From Chara braunii (Eukaryota; Plantae; Charophyceae), in assembly GCA_003427395.1 (NCBI GenBank), contig BFEA01000031.1:2138835-2187071 (forward strand): a stretch of DNA of 48,237 nucleotides, read 5' to 3'. The notes beneath the pieces were generated by a model. The model saw only the letters and a program-made list of their open reading frames with translations, searched no databases and was not told the origin of the DNA. Both the position numbers and the translations under genes were made by a program. Shown here in pieces: positions 1 to 11,413 of the stretch. How positions within the stretch are numbered: position 1 is the first letter of the stretch; each line of letters opens with the position of its first letter.

Positions 1-76
<76 letters not shown>
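1..76. repeat. (AG)n microsatellite
   Basis: Perfect AG dinucleotide run at the window start. Confidence 0.99.
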
Positions 77-82
<6 letters not shown>

Positions 83-422
83 TTAAAAAAAGTTTGCGGA
101 TTTCCAACTTATAAAAGGTAACGACCACAAAATACAGGGGTATTGGTTCATAGCAGTCTACAAAACTAATTGGAAAATCCGCTGGGCAATGGACATTAGA
201 GTCCAACCAAAAAAAAAAAAAAAAAAAATGTCTTCAGAGCAGCACTATCAAAACCTGACACAGATAGACAGCTGAACCCAAACCAATGGAAACTAGACCC
301 TGGAAAGTAGAAAACAGACCAGCACTACATCATTTACTTCACCATCTATTCCAAAACTAAAACTTCCGTGGCCTTTAAGAGGAGGAAGACTGTGAATCTC
401 GCAATGCCTGAGCAAATGTGTT

Positions 423-1961
423 TCACCCCTTCTCAAGCTTTTCCACCATCAGAAGACCAATCTCCTTCCGAATAGCCATGTCCTCCCGAGCAACTTTGGC
501 AGTGAGCTTTCCAATCTGTTGTTGCACTGCTGCCTGTTTGTACATGACTTTCACTGTGAGTTCAGCGCACTCCACTGATCGCCTACTGTGCTCCCTCAGT
601 GCATCTGTCTGCTCCCTCATTACTACAGAGATGTCCTTCACAGGCCGCTCCCGGGCATTTGCGACAGTGCGTCTGCGCTTTGCCGACGTTCTCACTTCAG
701 CCCCTTCAGCACATGCATTGGCAACCCCACTCTCAGCCCTGCCACTACTGACAGGAGGAGAACCCCGACTGCCCTGTCCTGGTCCTCGCCCATCCTCCTC
801 ATTTCCAGGATCTACAACACCTTCAGGATGGACAACCGGGTTTCTAATATTGAAGGAGTCAATGAGATCAAACCAGGACCTTCGAAGGTGGAACGTGAGT
901 CCAGCATGCGCTCGTGCCTCAGGTGACATGGTCCAATAGCTCTGCACTCCACTCATGCCATCGTGGACCAGCACCTTTCTATACCACTTCCACAGGTTCT
1001 TCCACCTATTTTCACAGTCATAGCCATTACGGATGAAGCCGGCAACACACACGGCAGTTGATATACCCTCCCATTTCTTATTCAAAGAGCAAGCATTGCC
1101 TATAGCTTCAGAGTTGACTGCTCGTGCAACCCTGTACTCCCCATGTGCGCGGATGAGGGCAAGCGTTTCAGCATCATTCCAGCGCCGATTTCGGTGACAC
1201 CCATCACCGCCATTACCAGGGACTGCGCCATCAGAAGCAGTGGGGGGAGGGAGATGCTGCTCCTCACCCACCCATGGCTGCTCCTCACCTGGGGTCCCAC
1301 GTGCTTGCACGCTACCTTCCGTCTCGTGATGTCCACGATCTCCTCCTGCTTGTGAGTCAGCGCCTGCTTGTGAGTCAGCATAGTCGTCATCCCCTCCCCC
1401 CATTTGGTGTGGCAAACCATTCCCACAATCGCGTGCCCAGTCAACACTGTCGACGCCCAGCTCCTGATCACTCAAAACCATTGTCCCAGAGGGGCCCAAG
1501 GCATCAGTTGGCAAACTGTGGCTTGTCTGCTGCACAGCCTCGTCGAATGCAGAGAGCAAACTACGTTGTGGTATGTTCTAAACAACCTGCGATTCTAACT
1601 GTGACACGTCTACACCCAGCTGTGACATGTCTACACCCCCCACCCCCCCGACGGACGACTGAGGAGACAACAACGGCTGCTCCTGCAATTGCTCCGTAGA
1701 CCATTGAGGCATGCTGAAAGTGTGAGCGTCGGTTGAAGGTGAGACTTTTGTTTGGTCTTCGTTGCTTGAGCTCCGCATTGCACGCCGACGCAAGTACTCC
1801 CTCATGTCCTCCAGTGACCTCTGATCGGACGAACTGGCAACGAACGAGTGGGGGACTGGCTCCACTCCACTGGTGGTGTGCGCCATTGAAGGACCACTAC
1901 GTGGAGGTTCATGCCCAGAGAATACACTTCCACTGTTCCCAACAGTGCGAAGAGCCTCCAT
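423..1961 (-). CDS. Myb/SANT-like (trihelix or PIF/Harbinger-type) DNA-binding protein, probably 2 exons (1961-1587, 1463-423)
   Basis: Domain RWNDAETLALI...KKWEGIS...RNGYDCENRWKNLWKWYRKV with a helical C-terminus. ORFs 1578-2039 and 423-1559 share a frame and are split by one TAG. That TAG lies in a candidate phase-0 intron (CAG|GTTGTT at 1586, CTGAT branch-like motif, TGATCAG| at 1464). Confidence 0.8.
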
Positions 1962-2342
1962 ACTCAGCTGTGTGGGAGTGGTTGCAGTGCCTGGTGACGC
2001 CACACGGAACAGTGCACCCGCTATGGAACGCTGCCACACACGAAGCTATGGAACACGAACGAGAGCGTTCCCGTTTTCCGTTTCCGAATACAGGTGTTGC
2101 GCGCCGCAGGCAGAAAAAGGCAGAAGACAGTACATTACGGATTCGGAGTACGTGGTCCTAACTGCGAACTACATCTTACAGGTACTGAATCCGGACGCCG
2201 GGTGGAAGCAGCAAATAATCAACCGTGACCTTCGTCATATGGGCCTCGCTCCACCACTCTCGGCAGGCACGAAAGACAAAAATCTCAGCGGTGTATCTTT
2301 CCATCTTCTAGCGCAAGATTCACTCTCTTTTTGCACATTTCG

Positions 2343-3197
2343 NNNNNNNNNNNNNNNNNNNNNNNNNNNNNNNNNNNNNNNNNNNNNNNNNNNNNNNNNN
2401 NNNNNNNNNNNNNNNNNNNNNNNNNNNNNNNNNNNNNNNNNNNNNNNNNNNNNNNNNNNNNNNNNNNNNNNNNNNNNNNNNNNNNNNNNNNNNNNNNNNN
2501 NNNNNNNNNNNNNNNNNNNNNNNNNNNNNNNNNNNNNNNNNNNNNNNNNNNNNNNNNNNNNNNNNNNNNNNNNNNNNNNNNNNNNNNNNNNNNNNNNNNN
2601 NNNNNNNNNNNNNNNNNNNNNNNNNNNNNNNNNNNNNNNNNNNNNNNNNNNNNNNNNNNNNNNNNNNNNNNNNNNNNNNNNNNNNNNNNNNNNNNNNNNN
2701 NNNNNNNNNNNNNNNNNNNNNNNNNNNNNNNNNNNNNNNNNNNNNNNNNNNNNNNNNNNNNNNNNNNNNNNNNNNNNNNNNNNNNNNNNNNNNNNNNNNN
2801 NNNNNNNNNNNNNNNNNNNNNNNNNNNNNNNNNNNNNNNNNNNNNNNNNNNNNNNNNNNNNNNNNNNNNNNNNNNNNNNNNNNNNNNNNNNNNNNNNNNN
2901 NNNNNNNNNNNNNNNNNNNNNNNNNNNNNNNNNNNNNNNNNNNNNNNNNNNNNNNNNNNNNNNNNNNNNNNNNNNNNNNNNNNNNNNNNNNNNNNNNNNN
3001 NNNNNNNNNNNNNNNNNNNNNNNNNNNNNNNNNNNNNNNNNNNNNNNNNNNNNNNNNNNNNNNNNNNNNNNNNNNNNNNNNNNNNNNNNNNNNNNNNNNN
3101 NNNNNNNNNNNNNNNNNNNNNNNNNNNNNNNNNNNNNNNNNNNNNNNNNNNNNNNNNNNNNNNNNNNNNNNNNNNNNNNNNNNNNNNNNNNNNNNNN
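2343..3197. other. Assembly gap (N run); other gaps at 6247-6959, 13269-13473, 29035-29960
   Basis: Runs of n. Confidence 1.
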
Positions 3198-5071
3198 GCA
3201 GTGAACAAAGTAACCGCCACATTTGCTGGAATAAACTTGACTTCTGTCCGCACTGATCCTGACACCCTCCATATACTCCGTGATTGAAGGAGTGCTCCAC
3301 CCAATGAGATAATTGCGCAACAGCAAGTAAAATACTGAAAATCTTCTATCCAGTGGGCTAAAGTTGATCCCACCCTCCTTTGGGGTTGGCCTTACCCCCA
3401 ACCGGTAGAAAAGATTCTGGCGGTAAGCTTTCTTTGCACGGGCATGCCCAGTGTTTAGGGTAGGAGGAGGGGAACGAAGATCTCCTAATTTTTTCGGGTA
3501 ATACAAGTAAAACACTGACCGTGGGATCACGACTACTGCACGGCAGGATTGGGGTCGCTCAACTGCCCCACAAACTCGTTTCTATCCTATCCCGCTGCTA
3601 GTGGGACCTCGCCCCAGGGTGCTCCAGTTGCTGGACATTCCCCGCCCCCCAAAAAAAAAAAAGTTGCTGGACCTCGGTTCGTGGTTTGACAATCCAGGAA
3701 AATTCCTGGCCGTGAATTCTGCGAATTCGGTACACTGGTAGCATGGCCGGACGACTTCCGCTTAGGACCAAATCCGACTGGCAAAGAGGATGGGAAAAAG
3801 CGTCTGAATCTGGAGATGTGCAAAAAATTGTGACTGATCCAATCCTCTTTGCTGCATCTCTGTTTGGAACGCGTCCAGAGTGAGCCACATTCCAATCCTC
3901 TTTGCCCGTGGGAACTGAATCAGGGTGGCCGTGTGGCTGGGGCGACAGCCATAAGAGAGAGTAAGAGAGAGGGAGAGAGCGGGCACGGAGGTGAGGCCGG
4001 GGCCGTTCGCGCGAAATTGACAAGTGGCGCCACGGTCGCCTGTTTTCGGGGAGAAAAAACATACTACACGTCTGGACCGTTCATCTCCTGCCATTCGTGT
4101 TCGTTCCCGAGGTCGGTTGCCTGCCCCCGCCCAGAGAACCTCTGAAATCGCACGATTGCAGGATGAAGTAGACAAGATTCAAAAACTGGTTTCACTCCGC
4201 GCGCGCGCGATCGGTCTGGTTTCGACTTGCCGTGGAGTCACGGCAGCTACGGCTACAGCTACAGCTACAGCTGTCGGTCTGATTTCACCATGACTCCTAA
4301 TATGTATTGATGGACATGGACGCGAGGGGACGTATGTTGAAGTTCTTAGGCCAGCGGCGACATGGTCCTGCGCGGTGGTCGTCGCATCTGCGCCCACCTG
4401 TAGTGGAAACACTTGTGGTCTCGTAATTTTGCAATGGAGTCGTGTTTCCTGCCAGCAGTGGGTGCATTCTCCTCTAACGAGTCCTGATCGCTCACGGAGG
4501 ACAGCAATAGTGAAGCTTGAGTGCAGTTGGAACTGCAGTTCGAGTGCACTACCGGCCCGCTTGTCCGGATCTTCTTCCGAACAATTGTCGCCGCCGCATA
4601 GTGAAACGTGGAATGGAGACGTGTGTGGGCGTGTTCTTTTTGGGGAGGATACAGTTGTGAGGTTTTCTGTTGTCAGCCCAAGCGTGAGCTCTTCAGGTGC
4701 GAAACGTGGAATGGAGTTGGGTTCCGTGCTCATTAGTAACCTAACCTCCAAGCGTGGGCTTGGCGCCATTAGTTGCCTTGAAGTTCACAACTCATTGTGG
4801 AGGATAGAAGCGTTAAGTGACAGCAGGTGGCGGCGGTTTCGATTGTGGTTTGTGCATTCTGATACCCGATTGAGTCGATTGATCAGAAGGTTACCCTTCC
4901 AGTCCATCAACGCGTCGAAGTCCATCAACGCGTCAAACCCATCATCGCATCTAACCGCTCAAGGCGTCTAAGTGCATCAAGGGGTTTGCGGGCTTTCATG
5001 TGTCGTCCGGAAACACGAACAAGAAGGAAATCAACGGACTCCGCTCTACCCACACGTCATCAGCGTAGAAC

Positions 5072-5189
5072 ATGGCGAGTCCAATGTACCCCGCCGAAGA
5101 CCTGTTGACCTGCTGCTCTCTCATGGTTGTCTCGATGCTTGTCGCTTACGGCACCAAAAAATATCATTTCTCGTACCTTCCTGAAGCAG
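5072..5189 (+). CDS. NHX: Na+(K+)/H+ exchanger (CPA1, NHX/NHE family) exon 1
   Basis: MASPMYPAEDLLTCCSLMVVSMLVAYGTKKYHFSYLPEA matches the TM1 plus 'HFxYLPEA' motif of endosomal NHX/NHE. In-frame TAG just upstream of the ATG. Donor G|GTGAGG, phase 1. Confidence 0.88.
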
Positions 5190-5216
5190 GTGAGGGTCAA
5201 ATCCACCCTGCCCAGT

Positions 5217-5475
5217 TCTCTCTCTCTCTCTCTCTCTATCTACCTAGCTATCTATCTCTATGTCTGTCTTCTCTCTCTCTCTCTCTATCCATTCTTCCTC
5301 TCTCTCTGTGTCTTCTCTCTCTCTCTCTGTCTATCTAGTCTTTCTCTTTCTCTCTTTCTCCATCTATCTATCTGTCTATCTGTCTATCTATCTATCTGTC
5401 TATCTATCTATCTATCTGTCTATCTATCTATCATCTATCTATCTACCTATCTATCTATCTACCTATCTATCTATA
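5217..5475. repeat. Compound (CT)n/(ATCT)n microsatellite
   Basis: Visible simple repeats. Confidence 0.97.
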
Positions 5476-5556
5476 TTTCCTTCTTTCCCTTTTTGCTATT
5501 TTTAAATTTTCAACATATTTTTCTTACACGTTTTTTTTTCCTTCTGTTTTTCTTTT

Positions 5557-5642
5557 CTTTGGATCTATTTATTACCGTGATGTCATCTCGGAAGCACTCC
5601 TTTGGATCTATTTATTACCGTGATGTCATCTCGGAAGCACTC
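5557..5642. repeat. 43-bp exact tandem duplication
   Basis: ctttggatctatttattaccgtgatgtcatctcggaagcactc x2. Confidence 0.95.
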
Positions 5643-6152
5643 CGCCTGAGAGTGTCCCTTTGTCCTACCCTAGCGGCAGAGTCTGCTGTCCGCTGTCTTT
5701 TTTTTCGTCCGATTTTTTTCTTTCCTTATTGCGTACGTAGCGCTCTAATTTCTTTCGATTACTGGTCTAGGCATCTACAGTATGTTGTGTGCATCTCAAT
5801 GTTGGCTGATGTAGTTATGATTCCGGTTCGGTGTCGCGTCCTGATGTCTGGCTCTTCGTCGTGCTCTTTTCTCCGTTTCTTTCTCTCCTCCTGGTTGGAC
5901 TGTCAGCCGTCTGCTATCGCTCTATCTCTGGCGACCTCGTTTTTCTGCCCCTCCCGGTTCTCCAGCTTTCCAGCTTCGCTGGCTCCTACGGATTGCGTAC
6001 TGGTTACCAGACGTCGTTCGAAAGCGCGAGAAGTCCAGCAGTGAGCGCGCGTGATGACTGGCTGGATATCTAGGTGCGATGTACAGATGACGTGTGGTGG
6101 TTTGATGAAATGGTGGGAGGACTTAATCGACGATACGCAACGGGTCCACGCG

Positions 6153-6162
6153 TGTGTGTGGT

Positions 6163-6246
<84 letters not shown>
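6153..6246. repeat. (TG)n(AG)n microsatellite
   Basis: Visible run ending at a gap. Confidence 0.98.
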
Positions 6247-6959
6247 NNNNNNNNNNNNNNNNNNNNNNNNNNNNNNNNNNNNNNNNNNNNNNNNNNNNNN
6301 NNNNNNNNNNNNNNNNNNNNNNNNNNNNNNNNNNNNNNNNNNNNNNNNNNNNNNNNNNNNNNNNNNNNNNNNNNNNNNNNNNNNNNNNNNNNNNNNNNNN
6401 NNNNNNNNNNNNNNNNNNNNNNNNNNNNNNNNNNNNNNNNNNNNNNNNNNNNNNNNNNNNNNNNNNNNNNNNNNNNNNNNNNNNNNNNNNNNNNNNNNNN
6501 NNNNNNNNNNNNNNNNNNNNNNNNNNNNNNNNNNNNNNNNNNNNNNNNNNNNNNNNNNNNNNNNNNNNNNNNNNNNNNNNNNNNNNNNNNNNNNNNNNNN
6601 NNNNNNNNNNNNNNNNNNNNNNNNNNNNNNNNNNNNNNNNNNNNNNNNNNNNNNNNNNNNNNNNNNNNNNNNNNNNNNNNNNNNNNNNNNNNNNNNNNNN
6701 NNNNNNNNNNNNNNNNNNNNNNNNNNNNNNNNNNNNNNNNNNNNNNNNNNNNNNNNNNNNNNNNNNNNNNNNNNNNNNNNNNNNNNNNNNNNNNNNNNNN
6801 NNNNNNNNNNNNNNNNNNNNNNNNNNNNNNNNNNNNNNNNNNNNNNNNNNNNNNNNNNNNNNNNNNNNNNNNNNNNNNNNNNNNNNNNNNNNNNNNNNNN
6901 NNNNNNNNNNNNNNNNNNNNNNNNNNNNNNNNNNNNNNNNNNNNNNNNNNNNNNNNNNN

Positions 6960-7100
6960 CGCTCATTATAGCTTTATTTGGTGCAAGTTTCAGTCCAGAT
7001 GCAGCGGAATGACCGGGCGTTCTATTCCGGTGACCCGTATAGAACGCCCGCCCCGCTCATTATAGCTTTATTTGGTGCAAGTTTCAGTCCAGATGCAGCG
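6960..7100. repeat. Two 47-bp exact direct repeats around a 47-bp spacer with a 12-bp perfect hairpin
   Basis: Repeats at 6960-7006 and 7054-7100. Stem cgggcgttctat (7014-7025) pairs with atagaacgcccg (7039-7050). Confidence 0.9.
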
Positions 7101-8497
7101 TTCTTTCCCGGTCAGGGCGAAGACGGTAGGAGCGTCCATGTCTTGGCGGCGATGACACTCTACAATGGTTACCATCACACATCATATAGTGGTGACATCA
7201 GCACATTAGATTTCAGGGGGCGCCATTAAACTGTTTCGTTCCTTGGTTAAACCGCTTAATCGCAAGCACTACTGACAAGTAGCTGATGTATACCGTCTCT
7301 TCTCCCGAACCTAACGCACCGTCATGACGACTGTTTCTGACCTGTGAAAGGAAGCCTGCTGACTTTGCCAAATACAGACAGCCTAGTAATGACCATCCTT
7401 TCTAATTTGCGTTTGGAACTTCGTTAGTTCATTTCGTGTAGCTTCTCGTGTTTACCCTTCTTTCTTCTTCTTTGTTTTCGTTGCATCTAGACTGACAGGT
7501 TTGACAAATACAGACAGCCTAGTAAGTCTCGAAAGGAAGATTGTAAGGAAACATCGTTGGCCTTCTTTCCTCTTCTTCTTCTTTTTTTTTTTCATCTTTT
7601 CAAACAATTCATTTCCTTATAATCAGCTCCCTTGAGCCTTGAGAAGGTTCAGAAAAAAAAAGAAGAGCCTCGAGAAAGTAAATCATCGTCCTCTTCGCTT
7701 TTCTGCTTTGGCGCTACTGCAGCTGCTGCGATGACGACGTTATTGCTTTTCGTCTCCTTCGCTTTAGGTCCCCATTTGATTCGGTTTGAAGACCTAATTG
7801 CACCACTCGCTATCCTCCAAAATTTTGAATTTATATTGAAATGGAGTTTGTCCATATGCATTCAAAATCTTGGCGAATGACGAGCGGTGAAAACAACAAG
7901 GTCCTGATGTAAACCGGTCAAGTAACGGATGAACGGGGTGGCTGTAGCACGAGACGAAAAACGGTTTGTCTGTCGAATGGCGCGGGTTGGCTGTCACTGA
8001 CGCGCGGCTTGAGCGGTTCCTTTTTTCTTTTTGTTTTTTTCATTCATATTAATGATCAAATCAGGGTCTCATACTAATTCAGCCCGTGCTCAAACTGAAC
8101 CAAAACACAATGTTGCATCAAATCAATGCTACGAAACCCAACGAGCAACCTGAAGGGGTACGGTGAGCTGTTCCGCGACCGGTGCGCCCCCAGCAGTTGT
8201 GGATAATACGTCATTTTATTTTTTTTCCCCCTTCCCCCCCCCCCCCCCCCACAGTTACACTGAATTAATCCTTTCTCTCTCGCAGGGGCGATGCTAGTCT
8301 TCTCGGTATGTTCCGTTTGTTTCCTTTTTTTTTTTTTTTTTTTATGGACGTTCCAAGGACTTTTCGGTTTCTTTTTCGGGACATACCCGGGTTTTTTTTT
8401 TCAGTGCTTGCTTGAACCGTTTTTTTTTTTTTTTTTTGGTACTTTGCGCAATCGCATGCCAGATGTCGTTAGAGAGTCAAACTCGCGGTGCGCGTCA

Positions 8498-8603
8498 GAC
8501 ACGTGGAGCGAGCCGCAATGGTGCCTAATGAATCGCGAAGAAATCGTCTGACACGTGGACACCGTGTTATCAAAGCGTCTGACACGTGGATACCGTGTTA
8601 TCA
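8498..8603 (+). promoter_or_regulatory. Cluster of three G-box/ABRE-like GACACGTGGA motifs in NHX intron 1
   Basis: Motifs at 8498, 8550 and 8581. The last two lie in a 28-bp near-tandem duplication. Function not shown. Confidence 0.3.
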
Positions 8604-10081
8604 CTTTTATTAGTATTATAGTATTATAGTATTGCTATTATTATTATATTATTATTATTGCGTATTATTACTATTATTATTGGGCAAATCGGCAGTGCAT
8701 GGGAGGAGGCCTCGGTCGGCGTCCGCGGTTCTCAGGGGCTCGCTCCACCGTATACTCACTCCTCCCCCTCTCCTCGCGTTACGCCTCCCCCTCTCCTTGC
8801 GCCTCCCCCTCTCCTTGTGCCCCCTCTCCTCGCGGTGTTACTCGTCTTGTTCGATCCATCTGGTAGTTCAACAGTTCACGCCATTTACAAATATTTGGTG
8901 TGTACCCACTGAGCTAGGCTCGTAATAATGGATGCGAAGCTATCATCATAGATGAGAGAGTATGTAGACACTTAGGGCCTCCACCGATCACGGATCATGG
9001 AAAAAGAGCAACTGACTGGCTGGCTGGCTGGCTACCTCACTCTGCTGAACATACTTTCCTATCTAACACATGAATGTGTCTAGACTCAGTCCTGGCCAAA
9101 TACGGTCTTTTGGCCAAATACAGTCTTTTACCAGTCGTGAAAGTATAACTGACTGGCTGGAAAGTATAACTGACTGGCTGCCTGATTTCCCCAAACACTT
9201 CTTCCATCAGTCCCCATGTTTGGGAGGAGTGTGTCCCCCCCCCTTCGCCATCTTCCCCCAAACACAACGCACTCTCATCACGACTGTATCAGACCGTAAA
9301 GATAGTTAGCGGAAGTACAGAAAAAGGGAACTGTTTATCAAATTTGATCTTGCCTGCTGTGGAATGGGTATATGCTGGGCAAACTGTTTAGTTTGGGCAG
9401 CGTAAATCGAAATACAGAAAAAGAGATAAATTTTGCAAAATACCCCCGTAAGTGGGGATGTATACGAAAATGTAGGTTGGACAGCATAAATGGAAATAAA
9501 AACAAGGGATATCTCAAGTTAGTTATCGGGGGATTTTGCAAAATTTTATCCCTAAAAAACAAAGAAGCTGGACAGCATGTTAACTTGAAGTAAAGACAGA
9601 GAAGCTGGACAACGTAAGTGGAAATAGAAACAAAGAAGGTAAATAAAAGATTGTGTTATGTCGCTACATGTCTGTTTTATAGGTTGCATTGTTATTCTGC
9701 ATGACCCGCCTCATCGGTTCCATGACTCCTTATAGGGGTTGCCAACCCCCTTTATAGGTTGCATGACCCGTTCTTGTAGGTTGCCAAACTGGGCTGACCC
9801 CTTTATAGGTTGCATGACCCCTTCTTATAGGTTGCCAATCTCGGCTGCTGGGACTTGTCTCTACTGATGGGGACAGCTAGCTGCGCACCACAGTCCAGGC
9901 CGTTCTCTGCTGGTCAGCATGAGTGGGCCTGGCTGCACTACTCTCCAAATGTGCAAAATGGGAATGAATCTTCCGCTAGGGCATGGAAAGATTCACCTCC
10001 ATCTTTTTTGTCTTTTTGTGCATGTCGAAAGTAGTGCAGCGAGGCCCAATGTGCCCTTTGTTTTTGAGTTGTACCACTGGT

Positions 10082-10160
10082 ACTGCTACTATTATTACTA
10101 CTACTACTACTGCTACTACTACTACTACTGCTACTACTACTACTACTACTACTACTACTA
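10082..10160. repeat. (CTA)n microsatellite
   Basis: Visible trinucleotide run. Confidence 0.97.
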
Positions 10161-11023
10161 GGTGAAGTTGGGGCATTCAAAATTTTATGCACCCTTTCGG
10201 CACCCTGATAAGCCGAACTTTTCTGCTTCCTCCTTATCCACAGCCTCAACCTTGGGTAAGAGCGCAACTTTGCCTCTCTGTGATGGTGTAAAGATGCTCC
10301 CTCTGTGTCCTTCGGGACATCCCTTAGAGGCGGTTAACAGAGCCTTAATTTTTTTTTCAGGGTCTTTATAACAAACGACCCACACCTTTTAAACCAAACC
10401 TGTCGCCAGTCCATAGAGTGGACACCAAATAAAACGATGGCGAAAAGTAATAAATAAACAAAGGACCAAGGAACATAAAACTCCACAAGGCAAAAATGTG
10501 TTTTCATGCAAAATTCGCTCTTTCCAGTTTTTAATGACTTTCAAGGCTTGCCAGAACAGTCACCTCTAAGACCCTAACGAATACCGAACTTGGCACGACA
10601 AAGACCTTGACCAAAAATAAAGGAGGGAAAAAAAAACAAAAAAAAACAAGAACTGGAAAAAAAAAATCCCCGAATGCACCTTTCAGTGCTTGGGGGGTAG
10701 CCTGGGGCTGAAAAGTGGGGGGTCCCTGTTATCTAACCACTTCGTGTTGGAATGAGTACAGAGCAGGTTAGCATGGCCTCCTGCTCAAGGATGACATGCA
10801 TAATTCCAGAAATGGTCCAGATTCAGAAGAAGAGAGAAACGTGCTCTCGCTCGGATCTTCTCTTTTGGTTGTCTTGGTTGCGTGTTGGGGTGCTCTCGCC
10901 CAAGAATATGTTTGTTGTAATGTGGATTTCTGTTTTTATTCGTTTTTCAAACAGTCCATCTGACTCTTTTGACTGTTTTCCGGATGTGTGAATCTGTATG
11001 CTTGCTTGTGCTTGTGGATGAAG

Positions 11024-11169
11024 CCGCTGCCATGCTCCTGGGCATGCTTGTGGGTGGCATGCATTCTCTCATTGGGAAAGGAAAAGGGTTGCGCTTCAAT
11101 CCGGAAGCATTCTTCTATGGACTGCTCCCCCTCATCATCTTCAATGCCGGATACAGCCTCAAGAAGAAG
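11024..11169 (+). CDS. NHX: Na+/H+ exchanger exon 2
   Basis: AG|CC acceptor gives LPEA-A-AAMLLGMLVGG...FNPEAFFYGLLPLIIFNAGYSLKKK. Donor AAG|GTATGT, phase 0. Confidence 0.95.
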
Positions 11170-11275
11170 GTATGTAAAGGCGAGGGATGGTGGTGTGCCA
11201 TTCAAGTTTCAACGTGAATCCTTCATTTGATCTGAGTTTGCGTTCTGCTATTCCACACCAGAAAACAATCGCTTA

Positions 11276-11413
11276 GAGCATACTCACATTAGGCCCTCAA
11301 AATCACGAAATCACAAAAATGAGCGGCCAGATCGTGTCCATGTAAAGAAAGGACTAGATCTGGTGGCTAATTTTGTGATTTTGCGATTTTGAGGGGCTAG
11401 TGTGAGTATGCCC
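11276..11413. mobile_element. Tourist-like (PIF/Harbinger) palindromic MITE, 138 bp
   Basis: Long imperfect TIRs gagcatactcaca.../...tgtgagtatgccc. TTA TSD at 11273-11275 and 11414-11416. Confidence 0.9.

Noticed and set aside
1873-3530. Long ORFs spanning N runs (also 6070-7065, 13019-13946, 28978-30243)
   Set aside because: Open only because of X codons in gaps.
3587-4971. Protein-coding ORFs upstream of NHX (also 46521-48030)
   Set aside because: Overlapping GC-rich ORFs with no recognisable domain or splice-consistent structure.
6960-7100. CRISPR array
   Set aside because: Only two repeats, the palindrome is in the spacer, there are no cas genes, and the context is a eukaryotic intron.
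10368-10732. MITE with imperfect TIRs (ataaca..gaccc)
   Set aside because: TIR match is weak and no TSD is identifiable.
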